Source of the DNA: Candidatus Neptunichlamydia sp.
GTDB lineage: Bacteria; Chlamydiota; Chlamydiia; Chlamydiales; Simkaniaceae
Reading direction: 5' to 3'
Length of the DNA stretch: 64,000 nt
NCBI GenBank assembly: GCA_965233865.1
Contig: OZ247587.1
Span: 928,001 to 992,000, forward strand
Shown here piece by piece: positions 57,718 to 64,000 of the stretch; the first letter of the stretch is position 1; the number at the start of each line of letters is the position of its first letter. Both the position numbers and the translations under genes were made by a program. The notes beneath the pieces were generated by a model. That model saw nothing but the letters and a program-made list of their open reading frames with translations. It was not told where the DNA came from and did no database searches.

Positions 57718-60700
57718 TCAAGTTTGTAGAAGTTCGAGAACATCTTCCCAAGTGAGCTTGGTTATCGCTTCGTCATCGCAACTCACGATTTTCTTCACGA
57801 TTCCTTTCTTTCGATTTTGCATTTCTACAATCTTTTCCTCAATCGTTCCCATCGTCACAAGTTTATAGACAGAGACTGATTCTTTCTGCCCTATACGATG
57901 GACCCGGTCAGTCGCCTGATTTTCAACAGCTGGATTCCACCACATATCATAGTGAATGACTGTATCAGCACCTACAAGGTTGAGCCCCGTTCCTCCCGCT
58001 TTAAGTGATACGAGGAAAACGGGGATATTAGGATCATTATTAAACTCGTTGACAATATCAAGACGGTTTTTGCTCGATCCATCAAGATAATTAAATCGAA
58101 TACCTTTCTGTTCAAAGTCGGTTCTCATGATCTGCAACATGCGGGTATACTGCGAAAAAATCACCGTCTTGTGCTGCCCTTCGATCAGCGTCTGCAAAAG
58201 TTCAAGAAGCATCTCATACTTCGCTGAATCTCCCACTTCTGCCTTTTCTTTCGCAAAAATAGCTGGATGACAGCAGATCTGTTTTAATCGAGTAAGGGTC
58301 GCAAGAACATGGATTTGTACTTTATCGAACCCATCTCTTTCAACCAATTTCATCAATTCATCTCGAGCAGACTCTGCATAGGACTTATAAAGCTCTTTTT
58401 GAACATTGGTGAGTTGACAGTGATAAACATTCTCACTGACAGGTGGCAAGTCGTCCAAAACATCAACTTTCATACGCCGCAAGATAAATGGAGCCACTTT
58501 TTTTCGAAGGTATTGCAAGTTCTTAGATTGTTCTTCACCAGAAAGCCGTACATATTTCTCAACAAATCTCTCATAAGATCCCAAAAAACCTGGCATAAGA
58601 TAATCGAACAAGCTCCAAAGTTCATCCAAAGAGTTTTCAATCGGAGTACCAGAGAGGATAACGCGGTGCTGAGCTTTAACCAATTTTACCGACTTTGCAT
58701 TCCTTGTTCCTCGGTTTTTAATGTGCTGTGCTTCATCAAGAATCATATAGGAAAAGGTTGTCTTATCATAAGCTTCAATATCTTTTTGGAGAAGACTATA
58801 GGAAGTAATCACTACATCATAATCTTTAACATTTTTGATCAGCTTCTTCCGTTGATTCGGCATTCCATCAACAATAAGAGTCTTTAGCTCATCATTGAAC
58901 TTATGGCATTCTTCTTTCCAATTGTAGAGAAGAGAGGTCGGACACACTACAAGGGCCGGAGTCTTTGCACCACTTTTATGCTGCGTCAAAGCACAAATAG
59001 CCTGAAGTGTTTTCCCAAGACCCATATCATCCGCTAAAATTCCATTGAGAAACATTGTACGGAGACGCTCAAGCCACTGGACCCCTTCTTCTTGATAGTG
59101 ACGAAGAGTTGCATCAATCTGCTTTGGAATCGGGCTGAACTTTAAGACTTTTTCTCCAAGCATCTGTTTGCAGATGTCTTTGAGCTGAGGTGTCATCGTA
59201 AAGGTAACAGGAAGGTCCTTAAAGTTAGATTCATCAATATTTGCCAAACTCCAAAGAGGACGCTCTAACTTTTTGTTATCAAGTTTTTCAATTCCAAGTT
59301 CATCGAAAAGCTGGACAACAGCCCCCACTTCATCAAGGTCAAGAACAAGAATTTTAGGAATTTTGTTCCCATTTTCTTTGGCTTTAGACGTTTTTTTCTG
59401 CCCCATATCAAGCTCGAGATACGCACGCCTAGAAACAATACAATCCCATAGTCGATCTACAGCTACCCCTTTAAGAGCACCTTTCACATCAATATTCATT
59501 TCGTAAACATCCATCCGATCGGTGTGTGTAAGCGTAAGCTTGAACTTGGACTGATCATAAATAAATTGATCTAGAAGGTTTTGAGGATAGTTGAATTTGA
59601 CCCGATGTTGATTTCTAGGAATTACATCGGTCATAAACTCAATAATTTTCTTCTCAGTTTTCGCTACCCAAACCTGCTGATCAAGATCGAAGATAAAGTC
59701 TTGAAAGAGGTCTTCAATAATTTTCTGCTCTTCGACTAAATTACGGGCAACAATCCCCTCTTCTGTAACAAAAGATTCAATGTCATCAAATCCTAACTTT
59801 TTTAAAGACGCAGGGATTGTATGCGTGTCATAACGGAAAGAGAGGTCCGCATCGAGCTCGCCATTCAAGAAAGTTAAATCACAAATAGCTTCAATCGAGC
59901 CCACAAACGGAAGCGTCGTAAAGTGTTCGACAACGCCCCCCATGTCTACTTCTGCAAAAAGAGACATTTCGGGAAGTGCATTTTCCACAAATGTTCCAAA
60001 AAGAGGTTCTGGAATCGTCATATCCCGCATCGGCATGAGGCTACGCAAATGCTGCCGTGTAATTTGCTCAGAAAAGCGGTAATAGACATGATTGTAAATG
60101 ATTCCAGGCTTTGCACACTCAAAAAAACGAGCATCTTCAAGGACAATTTTTTGTTGGTCAATGAGAAGCATTGGATTGAGCAAAATTTTTGATGTAGGGG
60201 GATGGATATATTCTAGGGTAACACTGACATTGGCATGAGATTTTGAAAAATGAATAGGTGACTCTAAGTTTTCTTCAAAAAGGCACGGAAGCGCAGGAAG
60301 CTCATCATCCTGATAAGTCCATCCCCTTTGCTTCAATATTTCAGAGGCAATTTCCTCCGCCTTAGCCATGATCATTCCAAAGATTTTCACGTCTAAACTT
60401 GCCATTTTCTGAGCGCGTTCATTGGTAATCTTTTCGGGTGATTTTGCATGATCCATTACAAGACGCGCAATTTCCTGCTCACTTTCGTGAAAGGATTCTA
60501 AGGAAAAAAGGTGGCTCTTTCCTCCTACATAAAGAGGTTCCTGGTATCTTACGGCTTCTAAAAACTGACGAACATTCGGAATATGGAGAGGCTTTGACCT
60601 TGCAGGGAGACGAAGAGCCAATTGAACATCAACGTTGCTCGCTCCTTTTTTGGGAAAGTGGAAGATAACCGTAAGCTCCGCCTTTTCAATTTTTCTCTGC

Positions 60701-61206
60701 TGAGCAGGGAGAAAGAAAGGAGATTTTGCAAGAAGAGAAGAAGCTCCAATATATTCCTTAAGAAGTTCCTTTTGATACTCCTCATCTTTCCTTTCAGCTT
60801 CTTTAGTTTCAGCTTCTTTAACCGCTTCAAGGAGCTTTTCTTTCTCCTCGTCACAGAAGCTGTCATCCTCAGTCACCTCTTCAATATTTGTTTCTTTTGA
60901 GAATTTCACCAAAATTTCATCAAGACACGACTCGAGATGAAAAAGAACAGCCGCTAAATGTTGACAATCATAGTGATAGGGGCAATTGCAATCTGAATCA
61001 ATAGTCTCGCTATCCATCCGATCTATCTCAATTTCACTTTCATATGTATTATTATATTGCCCAAGAACTTTGGCACTAATGCGAATAGTGGTAGCGTCAA
61101 GATGAAGAATTTTAGCCGATAGAACTTTTTTAGTTTCAAAAAGGTCTTTTCCTTCTTTTAAAATCGTAGAAGAAAAATCCTGTTTAAGCTTCCTTAAATT
61201 CAACAT
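57718..61206 (-). CDS. SWIM-domain SNF2-family helicase
   Basis: CNC...CQH SWIM, DDMGLGKT, DEAQ, SGTPIEN and QATDRVHRIGQ. Confidence 0.95.
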   Translation of the reverse strand: MLNLRKLKQDFSSTILKEGKDLFETKKVLSAKILHLDATTIRISAKVLGQYNNTYESEIEIDRMDSETIDSDCNCPYHYDCQHLAAVLFHLESCLDEILVKFSKETNIEEVTEDDSFCDEEKEKLLEAVKEAETKEAERKDEEYQKELLKEYIGASSLLAKSPFFLPAQQRKIEKAELTVIFHFPKKGASNVDVQLALRLPARSKPLHIPNVRQFLEAVRYQEPLYVGGKSHLFSLESFHESEQEIARLVMDHAKSPEKITNERAQKMASLDVKIFGMIMAKAEEIASEILKQRGWTYQDDELPALPCLFEENLESPIHFSKSHANVSVTLEYIHPPTSKILLNPMLLIDQQKIVLEDARFFECAKPGIIYNHVYYRFSEQITRQHLRSLMPMRDMTIPEPLFGTFVENALPEMSLFAEVDMGGVVEHFTTLPFVGSIEAICDLTFLNGELDADLSFRYDTHTIPASLKKLGFDDIESFVTEEGIVARNLVEEQKIIEDLFQDFIFDLDQQVWVAKTEKKIIEFMTDVIPRNQHRVKFNYPQNLLDQFIYDQSKFKLTLTHTDRMDVYEMNIDVKGALKGVAVDRLWDCIVSRRAYLELDMGQKKTSKAKENGNKIPKILVLDLDEVGAVVQLFDELGIEKLDNKKLERPLWSLANIDESNFKDLPVTFTMTPQLKDICKQMLGEKVLKFSPIPKQIDATLRHYQEEGVQWLERLRTMFLNGILADDMGLGKTLQAICALTQHKSGAKTPALVVCPTSLLYNWKEECHKFNDELKTLIVDGMPNQRKKLIKNVKDYDVVITSYSLLQKDIEAYDKTTFSYMILDEAQHIKNRGTRNAKSVKLVKAQHRVILSGTPIENSLDELWSLFDYLMPGFLGSYERFVEKYVRLSGEEQSKNLQYLRKKVAPFILRRMKVDVLDDLPPVSENVYHCQLTNVQKELYKSYAESARDELMKLVERDGFDKVQIHVLATLTRLKQICCHPAIFAKEKAEVGDSAKYEMLLELLQTLIEGQHKTVIFSQYTRMLQIMRTDFEQKGIRFNYLDGSSKNRLDIVNEFNNDPNIPVFLVSLKAGGTGLNLVGADTVIHYDMWWNPAVENQATDRVHRIGQKESVSVYKLVTMGTIEEKIVEMQNRKKGIVKKIVSCDDEAITKLTWEDVLELLQT

Positions 61207-61426
61207 CCGTTCACTTTACCTCAATAGCTCTATTATTTTTCTAAAAAACCTATCCACGTTTTACCTTATTTTCGGTAACGCCTGCAACGGTTTTTTCGCT
61301 TAAGAATGAACTATCAGTACTCTTTCTACCAAAAAAAATCAACTCTTTTTTTTACTTAGAGATTTTCTCTGTTCTTTGTCTTTGAAAAAAAACTCTAAGT
61401 TTGTTATGGTGATTTCTTTTTTACAC

Positions 61427-61498
61427 GCGGGTGTAGCTCAGTGGTAGAGCATCACGTTGCCAACGTGAGGGTCGTGAGTTCGAATCTCATCACCCGCT
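61427..61498 (+). tRNA. tRNA-Gly(GCC)
   Basis: GCGGGTGTAGCTCAG...TTGCCAA...GTTCGAATC...CACCCGCT. Confidence 0.96.
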
Positions 61499-61528
61499 TT
61501 TTTTTAAAAGACTGTATGAGACCGACCA

Positions 61529-63022
61529 ATGACAGAACAAAAACCTAAAGAATTCAAATCCGATGCCGTGACCTTTACCATTGAGCGAAAGCCTGAATGT
61601 ATGGTTGAATACAATGTTAAATCCTCCCCAGATGTTGTAAAGAAAGCAAGGAAAGGAGCTATTAAGTCTGTATCCAAGGAGGTTTCTCTTCCTGGATTTC
61701 GAAAGGGACGCGCTCCTGACAACCTAATCGTAAAGAAATTTGCTGAACCTTTGGATGAACAATGGCAAAAAGCTATTGCAGACGAAACTTTCCGTGAATG
61801 TCAGAAACTTGCTCATACTCCTCTCCTTAGCAATGATGCCCAAATCAGCTTCAAGATTATCAAGCACTCCCTAGAAGCTGGTGCGGAAATGACCTATACA
61901 TTTGAAACCGAGCCCGACGTTCCTGAAATTGATTTGTCAAATATTGAGATAGAAGAGATTAAACGGGATGCAGTAGATACTGGGAAACTAGACTCCACCT
62001 TGGGAGACATTCAAATGTTTTTTGCTGAGTGGGAAAAAGTTCCAGACCGAGCCGTACAGGAAGGAGATTTTGCAGCCGTTAATGTCGATATTATCGAAGA
62101 AGATCCTCCTCAAAAGGCTCTTCAAGATGCCCGCTTTGAGGTCAGCAAAATTAAAATGGCGAAGTGGATGTACGATCTCGCTATAGGAATGAAGGCTGGA
62201 GACTCCAGAGAAGGAGTTAGTGAAGCTGATGCTAACGCTTCTGAAGAGGACAAAAAGGCCATGCCCCCCAAAAAAGTGCGAATGACTCTGATCGCTGTAG
62301 AACAGGCAAAACTCCCCTCTATTGATGACGCCTTAGCACAGAAGATGGGAGCAAAAAATGTCAATGAAATGAAGGGAAACCTTGAAAAACTTCTGAACAA
62401 ACAAGCTGATGAGCACATCCAACGTGGGTACCGTGAACAAATGAGTGAGTTTCTTCTTGATCATTACCCCTTTGAACTTCCTAAAACTCTCCTTCAGAAA
62501 GAGACTCAGTTCCGAATCAAGCAACTAGTCAATGATCCTGATTTCCAGAAAAAACTCATGGCAATGAATGAAGATGAAAGAAAGATGGCAATCAATGACA
62601 TCCAAGTGCAAGGAGAGCGCGCTGTGCGCCTTTTCTATATCTCCAAAAAAATCATCCAAGATCAGAAAATTTCCGTCTCTCCAAGCGAAGTTCACCAGGA
62701 AGTAAAAACTCCAATGGAAGCTATGTTTAGCGATCAGTCTGATGTTTACACCGCAAAAGAAGAATCGCAGGAGCAAAAAGCCATTGCAATGTCTCGCTTA
62801 ATTCTGAGCAAAGCCGAAGACTTCTTGATCAGCAAGGCTAAAGTTGTCGGTCCAAAGCCAAAGAAAAATGTCGCTGTTCCCAAAAAAACTGCCGATGAGA
62901 AAGCGTCATCTGCAAAAAAAGCAACGCCTAAGAAAACAGCTGCAGGGGAAAAATCCCCTCCTAAGAAAACGACTGGAGCAAAAAAATCGGTCCCAAAGAA
63001 GAAATCAACGAAGAATTCTTGA
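61529..63022 (+). CDS. tig: Trigger factor with Lys-rich C-terminal tail
   Basis: LPGFRKGRAP ribosome-binding motif and FKBP-like domain; upstream of clpP-clpX. Confidence 0.93.
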   Translation: MTEQKPKEFKSDAVTFTIERKPECMVEYNVKSSPDVVKKARKGAIKSVSKEVSLPGFRKGRAPDNLIVKKFAEPLDEQWQKAIADETFRECQKLAHTPLLSNDAQISFKIIKHSLEAGAEMTYTFETEPDVPEIDLSNIEIEEIKRDAVDTGKLDSTLGDIQMFFAEWEKVPDRAVQEGDFAAVNVDIIEEDPPQKALQDARFEVSKIKMAKWMYDLAIGMKAGDSREGVSEADANASEEDKKAMPPKKVRMTLIAVEQAKLPSIDDALAQKMGAKNVNEMKGNLEKLLNKQADEHIQRGYREQMSEFLLDHYPFELPKTLLQKETQFRIKQLVNDPDFQKKLMAMNEDERKMAINDIQVQGERAVRLFYISKKIIQDQKISVSPSEVHQEVKTPMEAMFSDQSDVYTAKEESQEQKAIAMSRLILSKAEDFLISKAKVVGPKPKKNVAVPKKTADEKASSAKKATPKKTAAGEKSPPKKTTGAKKSVPKKKSTKNS

Positions 63023-63078
63023 CCGAAGCTCATTAGATGTCTATAAAAGAATAAAACGTTAATTAAAAAGGAACCGAT

Positions 63079-63678
63079 ATGTCTTTAATACCCTATGTCA
63101 TTGAAGATACTGGGCGTGGCGAACGCTCAATGGACATCTATTCGCGTCTTCTTAAAGACAGAATTATCTTCATTGGAACTGAAATCAACGATCAGGTAGC
63201 CAATGCTGTGGTTGCACAGTTGATTTTCCTCCGTGCTGATGATCCCAAGAAAGATATCAGCATCTATATTAACTCGCCTGGCGGTGTGATCTCATCAGGC
63301 CTGGCTATCTATGACACTATCCGTTTCCTAGGAATCGACGTAAACACCTACTGTTTAGGACAGGCTGCCTCAATGGGAGCCCTCCTCTTGGCAGCAGGAA
63401 CAAAAGGAAAGCGCTTTGCCCTTCCTAATAGTCGGATCATGATCCACCAACCGCTTGGAGGGATCACTGGGTCATCTGCCGATATTCATATTCAGGCCCA
63501 AGAAATCCTCAGGATGAAAAGGGTACTTGCTCAAATTATTGCTGAACACACTGGGCAAGCCCTCGAAAAAGTCATTGAAGATTCTGACCGTGATTTTTTT
63601 ATGAGCGCCGAAAATGCGGTAAAATATGGATTAATCGATAAAGTGGTTGTCCCGACTAAAGGAAAAAAAGATAAATGA
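63079..63678 (+). CDS. clpP: Clp protease proteolytic subunit (ClpP2 type)
   Basis: [17 protein letters not shown] and MIHQP. Confidence 0.97.
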   Translation: MSLIPYVIEDTGRGERSMDIYSRLLKDRIIFIGTEINDQVANAVVAQLIFLRADDPKKDISIYINSPGGVISSGLAIYDTIRFLGIDVNTYCLGQAASMGALLLAAGTKGKRFALPNSRIMIHQPLGGITGSSADIHIQAQEILRMKRVLAQIIAEHTGQALEKVIEDSDRDFFMSAENAVKYGLIDKVVVPTKGKKDK

Positions 63679-64000
63679 GCAAACCGACAAACGAGTCCCA
63701 AGAAATGGCAGTCTGCTCTTTTTGTGGGAGAACAGAAGATGCTGTTGAAAAACTTGTCTCAGGTCCTAATGCCTTCATCTGCGACAAGTGTGTCCGTCTT
63801 TGCATGGATATTGTTGAAAAAAAAACCGTTAAGCATGAGATCAAGCTTTTAAAACCCATAGAAATCAAGGAACGCCTAGACTCCTATATCATTGGACAGG
63901 AAAAAGCAAAAAAAACTATTGCTGTTGCCGTTTATAACCATTACAAACGGATTCGCTCCCTCTCTAATGAAAAAAACGAAATGGAGTATAGCAAATCAAA
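63675..64000 (+). CDS. clpX: ClpX, N-terminal part (runs off window)
   Basis: CSFCG...ICDKCV zinc finger and [19 protein letters not shown]. Confidence 0.95.
   Translation, partial: MSKPTNESQEMAVCSFCGRTEDAVEKLVSGPNAFICDKCVRLCMDIVEKKTVKHEIKLLKPIEIKERLDSYIIGQEKAKKTIAVAVYNHYKRIRSLSNEKNEMEYSKS

Noticed and set aside
58309..58887. 192-aa antisense ORF and other shadow ORFs in the track
   Set aside because: They lie opposite or within well-supported genes and have no recognisable motifs.
1..64000. CRISPR array, cas genes, prophage or rRNA
   Set aside because: No regularly spaced direct repeats or corresponding genes were found by eye.

Overview
This window is chromosomal DNA from an environmental member of the Chlamydiae. 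The gene order is recognisably chlamydial, and extra genes (ald, recX, a GT9 glycosyltransferase, many IS remnants) suggest a non-Chlamydiaceae lineage, possibly Simkania-like (inference). Most of it is housekeeping: nqrBCDE, gcvH, proS, a lipoate ligase, clpC, two ptsN, dut, accD, fused hemC-hemD, radA, rnc, der, two SNF2 helicases, ald-dapF-clpP1-glyA, cdsZ, rnpB, xerC, ABC-F, hemA, recX, rluD, khpA, kdsA-lptC-lptB, ndk, mreB, tig-clpP2-clpX, tRNA-Arg and tRNA-Gly. The most notable item is an orphan 1607-aa CdsC/SctC-type secretin with 12 tandem ~82-aa periplasmic repeats and a possible sigma54 promoter. Other highlights are an unlisted 57-aa exported microprotein with an exact RanBP2-type zinc finger next to a minimal DsbB, and three small Ser/Thr/Gln-rich candidate T3SS substrates. 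There is also an 877-aa protein with family II (DHH) pyrophosphatase motifs and an internally deleted gene in the lpt operon. Mobile-element debris includes a 157-bp MITE, two IS6 relics bracketing ndk and a nested IS630/IS4/IS5 pile-up. All homology calls come from motif recognition and memory; no searches were run.
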